In this document: piece by piece, positions 36,333 through 46,173 of the stretch
How the letters are laid out: every line of letters starts with the position of its first letter
How positions within the stretch are numbered: position 1 is the first letter of the stretch
IMG/VR virus record: IMGVR_UViG_3300020050_006875
Coordinates: 3,580-67,579 of that record
Direction: 5' to 3' (one strand)
Length of the DNA stretch: 64,000 bases
Source: a virus
Taxonomy: Duplodnaviria; Caudoviricetes
Program-made: the position numbers and the translations under genes
The notes under the pieces: model-generated
The model's database searches: none
What the model was told of the DNA's origin: nothing
What the model saw: the letters and a program-made list of their open reading frames with translations, nothing else

Positions 36333-39300
36333 TTATAGACAATCTTGTTTTATTTTCTCGGACAGGCCGTCCATTATGTCTTCAAAGTTATCTGTGATGT
36401 TCCTCATCCTTTCAAACGCTCCTTTGCCGTGCTTGCCGTCAAAGGTCTTCATCTTAATTTTTGATGGCTTCTTTGTGCCGTCAAATTCCTCGGAGGCAGA
36501 AGATTCTTGCTTGGATGTGAACTCGGCCGTTGGCATTGTTTCTTCAGCAGGCTTTGTTCCTTCTGCCTTTGTCTCCGTCTTCCCGGCAAACACTTCTTGG
36601 GCTTGACCTTGAACAGAAGGCCCAACTTTAACAATCTCCCCTCCGACATTTTGCTTCCATTCCCCATCCTTAAATACCATCTTCCTGGGAGAACCTCCCT
36701 CTCTTTGAGGGGCTATTTCTACGGCATCTCCTTCTTGTGGTGTTCCTGTTGTAGGCTTCTCTTCGGTGGCTTCAATGTATTTCTGCGCCTCTTCTTTTGT
36801 GCCAAATAATTCCCGATTGGCACGAAACCCTTGCTTTCCATTTATAAAAACAGATGAAGTTGTTTCTCCTTTTGTTAATACTTCTGCTTTTACAATATTG
36901 CCATTTGTATCAATAGTAAAAACTTCCTCCTTCTTCGGCTCCTCCTTCTTAGGCTGAGGCTTCTCCACCTTCGGAGCAGTAGGTGTTACAGGGGTGGCCT
37001 TCTTTCTTCCTTTCGGAACAGGGGCGGCAGCCACTACTTCCTCTACTTGGGCAACAGGGGCGGCTTGTTGTTCCGACTTTTGATTTAATTGTTCAACAAG
37101 TTTGTCTGTATTGGAAGTTGATTCAATTACTAAATTAGGGAATAAATCACGCAATGAAGAAATCACCTCATTAGTCGCTATCCCATCATTAACTATTATC
37201 CCACCAACTTGACTTATGTCTGTTATATCACCTTGATGCTCTCTATTGGCAATCAAAGTAAATGGCCCGTCCATATAGGCATTTCCAGATGCAGTTTGTC
37301 CCGTACTTATCCCTCCTGACAAAGGGGCTACATAAAGTTTACCTCCTCCTCGCTGAGGATTAATACCTTTTGTAAAAAGTTCTACAAGGGAATTGTATGC
37401 TTGTGAGATAGAGGCTTTCCCCATTCCATGAGCCACATAATTACTACCTCCCACTTGATTTGCTCTATCAAGAGCTTCATAAGAGTTCATAAACCCTTCC
37501 TCTAAAGCATCTTTGTCTTTTCTATAGACAGCACCAATGGCATCTTTTAATTTTTGTAAAGTTGATTTTTTTCCTGAAAAGTCATAATTACTATACGAAA
37601 CTTCTTCAGCCATTTCTTGCAAAGAGCGTTGCTCTTGTAGTAGTTCTTGAAATTCTTTTTCATGCCTTTCCGCTAATACTACCGCCTCTTTGCTTCGTGG
37701 AGATTTATCTTGCGAATCCTCATTGATATTTAGAATATCAAATCCATCTGCATAATTTTTACCTTCTTTTTTATTTAAGTCGGCTAACTCTTTTTTATGC
37801 CTTTTCTGAAGAGCATTATATCTTTTCTCAAGGTCTTTGCCTTTTTTCTCTATTTCTTCTTTTTTTGATTCAGGCGTTACTTCCTCCGCAGGAACTACTT
37901 GTTCAGGAGCGGCAGCAACTACCTCCTCAGCAGGAGTAATAGGGGTTGCTTCCTCTACAGGGGCTTCCTCCGTAACAGGCTCTTGAGGAACAATTCCTAA
38001 AAGGCTTTCTTCTAAGGAAGGCTCTTCAGCAGGGGAAATTGGTTCAGGTGTTACTTCAGGAGCAACAGGTTCAGGTGTTGCTTGTGGTGGAGGGAACTGA
38101 GGATTGACAGTTCGTATTATAGGAGCTTCTTCAGGAGATGGAACTCTTAGCCCCTCTCCAAGTCCTGCCTCCATTCCTGCGGCTTCAGGCTGAATTCCTT
38201 TCTCAGCCATATAGGCTTCAAGGTTCTCACGAATAGTATTCTTCTCCTCCGTTTCAGGAAGAGCAGCAAGTCCTTCGTAAGCATTCAGCACCTCCTCATC
38301 TGTAGGAGCAGCCTCGTTCACACGCTTCTGATATTGCGCTCTGATTTGCCCTTCCGCTTCGGGGTTGCCTTTAACGGCTTCCTCCATAGCCTGAGCGATT
38401 TTGTTGCGCTCTTGGATTTTATTGTCCGTTTGAACAATGTCCATATCGGCTCTCTGTGTGGTTTTCCTCACATCGCCATAAGTGAAATCACCTTGAGCAA
38501 GTCTCTCCAAGCCACGACCTCCTGCGACTAATCCACCACCTCCAGCAGCACCTCCAACAATATCACTAGCAAGCCTTCTTTGTGTGCTTGGCTTCTGTAG
38601 TTCGCCATAAATATTCTCCCTCGCTTCCTTAAATGATTTAGCCGAGGCAACTTGCGGAGCAGCTACTTCTATTAACCCCTCCGCCCCCTCTGTTAGCCCC
38701 TCAATATTTGCTACGCCTCCAAGAGCAGCGGCAGATGCAGCGGCTTGCTTCCATTTTGTCTTCCCTATTTTATTAAGAGCCAAATCACGAAGATACTTAT
38801 ATGCTCCCTTAGACCTCATGGCTTGACCCAGGAGTCCACTTGAAAAGTAATCTATTCCTCCGCTTATAGCACCTGCGGTGTAAGCAATAACTTCTTTATC
38901 TTTTCCGCTTGCAATAACTTCTTCAGGAGTTGTGTTAGTCTTTCTTGCTATCTCTTCCACCCCAGCTTTATACATATCTGGGACTACTTGAGCAAATGTA
39001 GAATAACCTCCTGTTGTGCCTGCGCCAAGAGCATTGATGCCTATTTGAGCCAAATTGTAGGCAAATGCTTCAGGGAGTCTATCTAGCTGCCCTTTACTTA
39101 TAACATCATAAATGTTGCCTTCGATGTTGTATTCCGCTTGTTTAGCGGCAAAGTCTTGGTCTACTTGGTCAAGATAACCAAGGACTTGTTGCTTAACTTT
39201 CTTTTCTTGTTCTTCTGCCTTCTTTCCCTTCTCTCCAAATGTTAATAATGCTCTTTGTTTAGCACCAAACATAGCCTCAGCGGCTTTGACCTTATTAATC

Positions 39301-40013
39301 ATATTGTCAAAAGTAACCCCCAAAGAAGAACCGAAATCTTTCAGTTTTTGGGTAGCTTCCCTTTGCTCATTAGCCCTTTTTTGCTGAATCTCAAATCCTG
39401 TACCACCCCTCAAAGCAGCCTCCTTCTCTTGCTTTGTCGCTTTAGCAAACTGTCTCTGCGCCTTCCTTTGCTCCTCGGCAATAGGCACATCTTCAAAGGC
39501 TAATTGTTGAGCCTTGAACGCAGGGCTAATTTGCTCTTGCTTCTTTTGTGCCTTAGTTTCAAAGGAAGCAGGAACGCCTCCAAATGTTGCTCCCAATGTA
39601 GGAGCTATCCCTCCGTATTGCTTCTGAAGCTTGACATCGTATTCAGGAGACCCAACTAACGGCTGTGCAGGAGGCGTATATGCTTCCTGCTCCTCCAAAG
39701 AAGGCACTTCAAGAAATTCTTGCTTAGGAGCGGCTTGTGGTTGAGGCTTGGCAATAGGCTCTCTGTAAATAAATGCGTTTGCAAACTCAACAGGGTCTTT
39801 TGAAGCATTCGGATTTTTAGGATCAAGGACAATTCCTCTTTCCGAAATATCCATAAATAAATCCCGAACAAAGTCATTGTTGTCCAACAAGCCGTTGAAC
39901 TTGTTGTATGAAAACTTTTTAACCTCAGAGGCAAGTTCTTTGTCAGAACCGCCAACCAAAGCTGAATATAGTTTTTTCCTTGGGTCAAGCCCATTCGCTA
40001 GTGGTTCTGCCAT
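36333..40013 (-). CDS. large ejection/cargo protein
   Basis: 1226 aa; A/G-rich TM-like helices, E/P-rich linker, AT-rich inserted globular segment. Confidence 0.7.
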   Translation of the reverse strand: MAEPLANGLDPRKKLYSALVGGSDKELASEVKKFSYNKFNGLLDNNDFVRDLFMDISERGIVLDPKNPNASKDPVEFANAFIYREPIAKPQPQAAPKQEFLEVPSLEEQEAYTPPAQPLVGSPEYDVKLQKQYGGIAPTLGATFGGVPASFETKAQKKQEQISPAFKAQQLAFEDVPIAEEQRKAQRQFAKATKQEKEAALRGGTGFEIQQKRANEQREATQKLKDFGSSLGVTFDNMINKVKAAEAMFGAKQRALLTFGEKGKKAEEQEKKVKQQVLGYLDQVDQDFAAKQAEYNIEGNIYDVISKGQLDRLPEAFAYNLAQIGINALGAGTTGGYSTFAQVVPDMYKAGVEEIARKTNTTPEEVIASGKDKEVIAYTAGAISGGIDYFSSGLLGQAMRSKGAYKYLRDLALNKIGKTKWKQAAASAAALGGVANIEGLTEGAEGLIEVAAPQVASAKSFKEARENIYGELQKPSTQRRLASDIVGGAAGGGGLVAGGRGLERLAQGDFTYGDVRKTTQRADMDIVQTDNKIQERNKIAQAMEEAVKGNPEAEGQIRAQYQKRVNEAAPTDEEVLNAYEGLAALPETEEKNTIRENLEAYMAEKGIQPEAAGMEAGLGEGLRVPSPEEAPIIRTVNPQFPPPQATPEPVAPEVTPEPISPAEEPSLEESLLGIVPQEPVTEEAPVEEATPITPAEEVVAAAPEQVVPAEEVTPESKKEEIEKKGKDLEKRYNALQKRHKKELADLNKKEGKNYADGFDILNINEDSQDKSPRSKEAVVLAERHEKEFQELLQEQRSLQEMAEEVSYSNYDFSGKKSTLQKLKDAIGAVYRKDKDALEEGFMNSYEALDRANQVGGSNYVAHGMGKASISQAYNSLVELFTKGINPQRGGGKLYVAPLSGGISTGQTASGNAYMDGPFTLIANREHQGDITDISQVGGIIVNDGIATNEVISSLRDLFPNLVIESTSNTDKLVEQLNQKSEQQAAPVAQVEEVVAAAPVPKGRKKATPVTPTAPKVEKPQPKKEEPKKEEVFTIDTNGNIVKAEVLTKGETTSSVFINGKQGFRANRELFGTKEEAQKYIEATEEKPTTGTPQEGDAVEIAPQREGGSPRKMVFKDGEWKQNVGGEIVKVGPSVQGQAQEVFAGKTETKAEGTKPAEETMPTAEFTSKQESSASEEFDGTKKPSKIKMKTFDGKHGKGAFERMRNITDNFEDIMDGLSEKIKQDCL

Positions 40014-41578
40014 TATTTATATCCTCCTTTTGAGATTCTTGGTTTGCTAGGCTTGTTGATATTTCTTGCTTGGTTTTTATTGCCAATAGCAATAGTCAAT
40101 TCTCCTGCGTAATCTTTAGGAATAAGCATTTCTACGGTTTTAACTTGAGGAGAACTCAAGTCGTAGCTATCAGTATTTGGATCGTATTTATAGGTTTTTA
40201 TCGAAGGCGTTACCTTGTAGGCTTCATATGATTTAACATATTTATTTTGTTGTTCAGGACTCATTGTAGCAATAAATCTTGGAGAAAGAAAAGTTCCTCT
40301 TTTCCTAACTCCTCCACCTACTAATGGAATGTCATCCTTAGCCTCTCCAGCCATTACGAGTTGCGCACTATCAATATCAAAACCCTGCTTTAAAAGCCAA
40401 GTTCCGTTTGGTCCTTCAGCAAATATTTCTTTAAATTCTTCCGGGTTAGATATAGGAAGAACTTTCTTATTTGCACCCCCAGGAAGAGATGTTTTAGGGA
40501 ATGAAAATGTATCAACATTTCCCCAAGAGACTTCATCGTAAATTGGTTTACCATTCGCTCCCTTTGTAATGTAAACAGTAGATGTTGATGGAGTTTTCCC
40601 TGAAGTGATGTCTGCTTGCTTTTCCCCTTTCGCTTTTGCTGTTGCCTTACCCTCTTCTGTTGTAATATCTTGGCTATAATTCACGCCGCCCATATTAGCA
40701 AACAACTTGTTCATAGCCTCAGATGTGGCAACATCAGACGCATAATCTTTTAATTCAACTCCTTTGGCCGTTGCTGCCTGTACAATAGCTGGGTCTTTAA
40801 CCAATTCAGGAACTCTTAAATCGGTGTAGTTTGTTACTATTCCCGATACCTCTGGGTTACCCATTACTACTTCAGAAGCTATTTGACCATTGATTCTTCT
40901 TGAAGTAACTTTTTTACCGGTAACAGGATTTGTAGTTACTTCAGGAATAAACAAATTACTACCTTTAATTACCTCCTGTTGACCAAGACTATTTGTAAAA
41001 GAATATTCATCAGAACCAATTGTCTTGAACAAATTAGTTCCTATTTCTCTCCACTTCACCCTATTTGGGTCTTGCTTTATTGATTTACTAAACTCTAATG
41101 CGTGATTAATGGTAAACAAAGACGGGTCTGCTTTATACTTTTGAGAATAAGTGGGAATATCCGCCTCGCTTACATTGTAGTATTTTTGCAACTCAGGCAA
41201 TTGATTCTTTATGTTGCCTTCGGTGTATTTCTGCCAAGAGTTTTTCTCATTTATTTTTCTATCTAAGTCCGTCTTTGCTTGATACTTCATTTGAAGAGGG
41301 GACTTTGGGTCTGAAAATATTGCAACAGTTTGGTCAATATCAGCTTTATTTAATTCCTGTAATTGAGGCATAAATAAGCCTCCCTCCGTAGCCCCAATCT
41401 CTGGCTTAAACTTAGCATCCTCAGCCGCCTGCTTGGCTGCTAATTCAGCAGCCCTCTTCTTGGCTTGTTCTTCTAAAGCATATGCCCTATCAGCCCTCTT
41501 CTGCTCGTTAAGGAGCATTGGGAGCATCTCATTCTTGAGAATGGTTTTGGATATAGTTCCCGATGTTTCTTGTGCCAT
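40013..41578 (-). CDS. ejection/cargo protein
   Basis: 521 aa, helical N-terminus, between ring genes and large cargo genes. Confidence 0.6.
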   Translation of the reverse strand: MAQETSGTISKTILKNEMLPMLLNEQKRADRAYALEEQAKKRAAELAAKQAAEDAKFKPEIGATEGGLFMPQLQELNKADIDQTVAIFSDPKSPLQMKYQAKTDLDRKINEKNSWQKYTEGNIKNQLPELQKYYNVSEADIPTYSQKYKADPSLFTINHALEFSKSIKQDPNRVKWREIGTNLFKTIGSDEYSFTNSLGQQEVIKGSNLFIPEVTTNPVTGKKVTSRRINGQIASEVVMGNPEVSGIVTNYTDLRVPELVKDPAIVQAATAKGVELKDYASDVATSEAMNKLFANMGGVNYSQDITTEEGKATAKAKGEKQADITSGKTPSTSTVYITKGANGKPIYDEVSWGNVDTFSFPKTSLPGGANKKVLPISNPEEFKEIFAEGPNGTWLLKQGFDIDSAQLVMAGEAKDDIPLVGGGVRKRGTFLSPRFIATMSPEQQNKYVKSYEAYKVTPSIKTYKYDPNTDSYDLSSPQVKTVEMLIPKDYAGELTIAIGNKNQARNINKPSKPRISKGGYK

Positions 41579-41586
41579 TTTCTATT

Positions 41587-42327
41587 TTATCCGTGTCTAT
41601 AGCCTCTAATGCGCTCCATTGTTTTCACAATTGTAGGAATCTTAGTTCTGTACTTACTCTGAACGGCAAACAAATACTCGTTCTCGTATTCAATCTTGGC
41701 AGGCTGCCATCTTGCATCCCCCTTCAAGAAGTAATACTTGTAGTAAATCCAGTTCTTCAAAGCAGAGATGAACCAAGGGTGTACATGGGTTTCTCCTGAT
41801 GGGTTGAGGCAATTGGTGTAATACCTCAGAGTGATGTTCCTAAACCTGAATGTAGGAGCCGTAATAAGAATCCTCTTATCAATGTCTATTGTAACATCTC
41901 CGTAGTCACCTCCGTTTCCGTAGGCATCAATTGCTCCACTTGTTCCCCATCCCATTCCATAGCCATAAAGCCCTCCCCAATACCAAATATTGTTATAATT
42001 ACTTTGTATCAGAGGAGCGATGTCGGGCTGTTCTTTGTGGTTCGTGAGTCTGTTATTGATGGCAAGACCTTTTATGTAATGCCCCACCTGAACGCCAACA
42101 CTTATGTAGTCGTAATAGTCATTCGGCAGCCGAACGATGTTATACCCTGCGGCAGGAAGTTCGTAGAACATTTCCTTGTCACGATCAGGTATTAGCGTCT
42201 TAACATCTTTCTGCATCGCCCTAATGAAATCAAGAGCGAAGGATTGTAAACGGAATGCTTGATTAGAGGGGATTTCCATCTCCTCAATTACAACTCCAAC
42301 TATTTCATCTACAGTTTGTGTAAGCAT
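41587..42327 (-). CDS. tail ring/tubular protein
   Basis: 246 aa; VVRLPNDYYDYISVG-like and ITLRYYT motifs typical of P22 gp4/T7 gp11-like ring proteins. Confidence 0.65.
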   Translation of the reverse strand: MLTQTVDEIVGVVIEEMEIPSNQAFRLQSFALDFIRAMQKDVKTLIPDRDKEMFYELPAAGYNIVRLPNDYYDYISVGVQVGHYIKGLAINNRLTNHKEQPDIAPLIQSNYNNIWYWGGLYGYGMGWGTSGAIDAYGNGGDYGDVTIDIDKRILITAPTFRFRNITLRYYTNCLNPSGETHVHPWFISALKNWIYYKYYFLKGDARWQPAKIEYENEYLFAVQSKYRTKIPTIVKTMERIRGYRHG

Positions 42328-42340
42328 AATCTCGTTTTAA

Positions 42341-42964
42341 TTATAGCGCATTTGGATTTGCATCCGTATCCATATCAGCCCTCCTTGAGTAACGCTGAAT
42401 CATTATTGGCATCACTTGTTGAATGATGAGCAACGCTTGGGCTTCGTTCAATGTAGCATCGTTTGCCACAGCTTGTGTGACATTTATGTATTGAAACTTG
42501 ATTGGAGCATCACAGGCAGGAAGCACATACACTTTCTTTGCCTCTAAGGAATAGAAATAACTCCCGGCAAACTTTATAGTAGATCCGCCACGAATGTTCT
42601 CGTAGTTCTCAAAGTTTATAAAGGCAATCTGCTTTTTTCCTTTGTAAGTGCTATCTGCTATGGTAACACGAACAACACCCCTGTTCTTAGGCAGAGGAAG
42701 ATAGTTCTCAGAAAGAGCAGCATACTTGTAGCCGGTAATGGTATCTGTTGCTAATGGCAATTGGTATGTTACAAGCCATTGACCATTCACGGTGGATTGG
42801 TTCTCGGCCTTGTAGTTCTCAAAGTATTCCTGACGACCAACAGTGGCAGCGGCTTGCTTCACTAAGGCTTCCACCTCACGGACATCTATGCCCTCTGTAG
42901 TGGGTCTTCCTGCCGTAAATATCAGGACGATTTGGTTGGCTATGTAGTTGTAATCAATTCCCAT
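42341..42964 (-). CDS. tail ring/tubular protein
   Basis: 207 aa; ring-protein-like organisation, middle of three tandem genes. Confidence 0.6.
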   Translation of the reverse strand: MGIDYNYIANQIVLIFTAGRPTTEGIDVREVEALVKQAAATVGRQEYFENYKAENQSTVNGQWLVTYQLPLATDTITGYKYAALSENYLPLPKNRGVVRVTIADSTYKGKKQIAFINFENYENIRGGSTIKFAGSYFYSLEAKKVYVLPACDAPIKFQYINVTQAVANDATLNEAQALLIIQQVMPIMIQRYSRRADMDTDANPNAL

Positions 42965-42967
42965 GTC

Positions 42968-43666
42968 TTACAGAATTTTGTCATTCATAGCGTTACCAGA
43001 CTGCACCAAAACACCATTTGAAAGATTGAAGCCAAGATTGGCAACTGTTCCATACACCATATTGTCCAACTTATCAGCCGACCAACTAATATCTTGAATA
43101 ATGTTAATATTTGGAATCGGGCCACCACTATCTTCAAATGTAAAATCTACTTGACTTGGAAGCACTAACACTCTTCCTCTGTAAAAATCAACGCCTTGGA
43201 ATGGGTAAACCTCATACACTGACGCTGCAAGCATTCTTCCAAGTGGTCGTGTTTTAATAGGAGGAATAACGGGGTTGTGCTTCATCATCAAAAACTGATT
43301 ATCAGGCACAATGTTTATGGGATAGAACTCGCTAGGGTTGTCCAAATAGGAAACTTCAAGAGCAAGTAGTAAATCAATTTCTATCCCTAAAGTGTCAGGT
43401 GATAAATCCGCTATTCTATTATCCCCTTTAATGGGTCTATCAACAACATTGTACAGCTCCGAAATAGCATCTGCTGTGACATTTGTTTCTTCAGGAGTGA
43501 TGGAAGAAGATGGTCTCCCAGGCGCATATTGTGCCAAGTTTCCTCTTAGCCGCTTGTATAAATCAAGCTGGGCTACATTGATGGCATTCTTGATTTCCTC
43601 GGCACTTTTGTAGTAGCCTCCGGCATTCAAGTAGGTTAGTACGGTGGTGATTAGCTGCTCAAGCAT
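42968..43666 (-). CDS. tail ring/adaptor protein
   Basis: NAGGYYKSAEEIKNAINVAQLDLY N-terminal helix typical of crAss-like ring proteins; start chosen at ATG 43666. Confidence 0.65.
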   Translation of the reverse strand: MLEQLITTVLTYLNAGGYYKSAEEIKNAINVAQLDLYKRLRGNLAQYAPGRPSSSITPEETNVTADAISELYNVVDRPIKGDNRIADLSPDTLGIEIDLLLALEVSYLDNPSEFYPINIVPDNQFLMMKHNPVIPPIKTRPLGRMLAASVYEVYPFQGVDFYRGRVLVLPSQVDFTFEDSGGPIPNINIIQDISWSADKLDNMVYGTVANLGFNLSNGVLVQSGNAMNDKIL

Positions 43667-43745
43667 AATGGGTGCAAGATACAATTTTTCGCACTATTAT
43701 AGAACTCAAAAAATATTGCAGAGCAGTTTTACCAAATACTTGTTT

Positions 43746-43753
43746 TACATTTG
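43746..43753 (+). promoter_or_regulatory. Bacteroidota -7 promoter of the inverted island
   Basis: TACATTTG 14 nt upstream of ATG 43768. Confidence 0.65.
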
Positions 43754-43767
43754 TACAAAAATCGCTA

Positions 43768-44775
43768 ATGAAATTATATAAAGATTATGAACACGCATCC
43801 ATAACAATGGTTGAGGATAAGCCCTTTTTGGATGCTTTGAAGACATTTAGCCCGTCATTTATACTTGAAACTGGGACATATTTAGGCACAGGAAGTACAA
43901 GAATGCTTGCTTCTTTAAACCCTAAAAAGCTCTACACAATTGAGTGTTCCCACAAAAACTATTCTCAGGCAAAAGAGAATTTAAAAGAGTTTCCGTTTGT
44001 AGAGTGTTTGCATGGCTTATCCGTTGATTCTGAAGCGGCAAAAGGATTTATGGAAAGAAACCCACAAATTTTTCAAGACGATGTATTTATTGATGACGCA
44101 AACCCATTAGAGTTTTATACAAATGAAATTATGGGAATGCTTAGTGGCGGAGATGGGAATGAAGGCATGGAAGAAAACATATTGGAACGCCTGCTTCCTA
44201 CAATAGCAGACGATGTTCCTCTTATTCTTCTCGATAGCGCAGGGGGTATTGGATTTTTTGAATTCCTTACGGTGCGTGAAATTATGAAGAACAGGCCATA
44301 CATTCTTGTTCTTGACGACACGCATCATGTAAAACACCATAGGTCCAAGATGCTTATTACAAAAGACCCGACATACCAAATTGTCTATAATGACGATGTA
44401 CACGGCAGGCTAATAGCAGTGTGCAACCATGAAGAAAAATTCAGCCTCATGTACGACAAAAAAATAGAAAACATTTATGTTGTACTTGGCAGATTCGGGG
44501 ACATTTATATGGTGGCTAAAAAACTAAAACAGCCTTCCATCATTGCTTGTCTTGACCATTTTTCCGGGATATTAGAAGAGTTATTCCCACAACACACCTG
44601 CATTAAAATGAAAAAGATACCAAACTCAAATCCTTACATTGCAAAAGACATTTTATCAATGTCGCACCCTTCTCACAATATAATTGTTTGCCAACAAGAC
44701 GGCACTCCATTAGAACAAATGAAACAATTCAGGTCTTTTCAAACATATCAGGAATATTATGCGTCATCAATTTAA
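43768..44775 (+). CDS. class I SAM-dependent methyltransferase fused to a glycosyltransferase-like segment
   Basis: ILETGTYLGTGS motif I, TIECS, LLDS/LDDT; C-terminal VVLGRFGDIYM resembles the GT9 N-terminal motif; start set by promoter position. Confidence 0.65.
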   Translation: MKLYKDYEHASITMVEDKPFLDALKTFSPSFILETGTYLGTGSTRMLASLNPKKLYTIECSHKNYSQAKENLKEFPFVECLHGLSVDSEAAKGFMERNPQIFQDDVFIDDANPLEFYTNEIMGMLSGGDGNEGMEENILERLLPTIADDVPLILLDSAGGIGFFEFLTVREIMKNRPYILVLDDTHHVKHHRSKMLITKDPTYQIVYNDDVHGRLIAVCNHEEKFSLMYDKKIENIYVVLGRFGDIYMVAKKLKQPSIIACLDHFSGILEELFPQHTCIKMKKIPNSNPYIAKDILSMSHPSHNIIVCQQDGTPLEQMKQFRSFQTYQEYYASSI

Positions 44776-45805
44776 AAGAGCCGTTATAAACTTAGATGGG
44801 CACAGCAGCAAAGTGGCAGACGACGAAAATGTATTGCTTAACATTTGCAGGTGTCTTAAAATGCTCGGCATTAAATTTAGTATATACGAGCCACACACAA
44901 GGGGATTCAAGATTTTAAAAGAAGATATGAATCAGCCAGATACATTGTATATTTTAAATGACAGCTTACAATACCACCTTTGCGACATGCCTTGTATTTT
45001 ACTAACAAGAAGTCCATCTTGGGTTCAAGGTGCGCCAAAGAAAAACACAATAGGGGTGGTTACGAAAGAAATGATTTCTTCAAACTATTCGTATTTAATG
45101 GCTTTAATTTATCGCAATGAACAAACAAGACAATTTAGCGACTATTTTGCCGCAAGGACGTATTTGGTTGTAAATGATTACATTAGCGAGAACATGGATG
45201 TTATGCACAGGCATTCAATGGCTATGATTACATGGAATCACCTATCAAAACAAGATATTCATTTTAGCACAAGTTTTCACCAATCAGAAGGGCTGCCTTT
45301 TGTCAATGATATATTGCGTGAAGGTCTTGAGCTATTGTCGCATTCAGATGACATTCTTCTTATAGCTAATAGAGACATTTGCCTTGTAAATGAATCAACA
45401 GCTATAATTCGGGCATACATGGACAGTTTAAATTTAGATTGCTGCTACGCAAGAAGAGTTGATGTCAAAGGGATACCGCACGTTTTATCTTACACAGATA
45501 TTCAGGAATACACCACCTCCCCAGGATTGGATTTATTTGCTTTCCGAAAAACCGCAGCTTGCTTGCCAGAAATACTGGAGACTAATCTATACCTTGGAAG
45601 AATTGGATGGGATGGGTTTTGGGCAGACAAAATGAAAAACGAGCTTCCATTTAAAGTTTGCTACCATCAAGAGCATCATTCAGATTGGACAACTTCAAAA
45701 GGCAGGAAAGAAAACTTACATAACATTAAAGCCATAAGTGAAAAAGAAAATGGATTTGGAGTTATGTGTGATGAATTTGGAGTTCACTATACGCAGCCTA
45801 TATAA
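44759..45805 (+). CDS. glycosyltransferase-like protein
   Basis: 348 aa; LIANRDICL, GLDLFAF, YLGRIGWDGFW, CYHQEH resemble GT-A-like motifs. Confidence 0.45.
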   Translation: MRHQFKRAVINLDGHSSKVADDENVLLNICRCLKMLGIKFSIYEPHTRGFKILKEDMNQPDTLYILNDSLQYHLCDMPCILLTRSPSWVQGAPKKNTIGVVTKEMISSNYSYLMALIYRNEQTRQFSDYFAARTYLVVNDYISENMDVMHRHSMAMITWNHLSKQDIHFSTSFHQSEGLPFVNDILREGLELLSHSDDILLIANRDICLVNESTAIIRAYMDSLNLDCCYARRVDVKGIPHVLSYTDIQEYTTSPGLDLFAFRKTAACLPEILETNLYLGRIGWDGFWADKMKNELPFKVCYHQEHHSDWTTSKGRKENLHNIKAISEKENGFGVMCDEFGVHYTQPI

Positions 45806-45815
45806 AACAAATATA

Positions 45816-45845
45816 GCCACCCCCTTGTGAGGGGTGGCGTTTTAT
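45816..45845. terminator. bidirectional terminator
   Basis: GCCACCCC-CTTGTGA-GGGGTGGC perfect 8-bp stem between convergent genes. Confidence 0.8.
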
Positions 45846-45867
45846 ACCTCAATGACAGAGTTATTTA

Positions 45868-46110
45868 TTAGCTAACAAGAGAAGCTCCAGCAGCAGTGCG
45901 AATGTTAGCAACAGTGTGCTTAACGTATGCAGTGCCTACAGTTTGGTTTGCATTGGTGTACTCAAACCGAGACCAAGCAGCGATACCTGACTGAGAAGCA
46001 AGAGTAGGCCAATTCATTGCGTCTGTATTGTATGTAATAAGAGCAGAGCCAGTAGAAATAGCCATACCAGAGATTGGGCTAACTGTTGAGTGCATATTAA
46101 GAAGTGCCAT
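45868..46110 (-). CDS. 80-aa protein, possibly an abundant virion (decoration) protein
   Basis: Monocistronic: promoter TATTTTTG (46136-46143) and downstream terminator; A/T/S-rich. Confidence 0.6.
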   Translation of the reverse strand: MALLNMHSTVSPISGMAISTGSALITYNTDAMNWPTLASQSGIAAWSRFEYTNANQTVGTAYVKHTVANIRTAAGASLVS

Positions 46111-46173
46111 TGAGAATTTTTTTTAAAGTGAAGCCCAAAAATACAAAATTTCAGGGACAGCCTTAAAAAATTT

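Noticed and set aside
43672-43767. Longer start for the island methyltransferase
   Set aside because: It lies upstream of the promoter at 43746-43753 and overlaps the divergent ring gene start.
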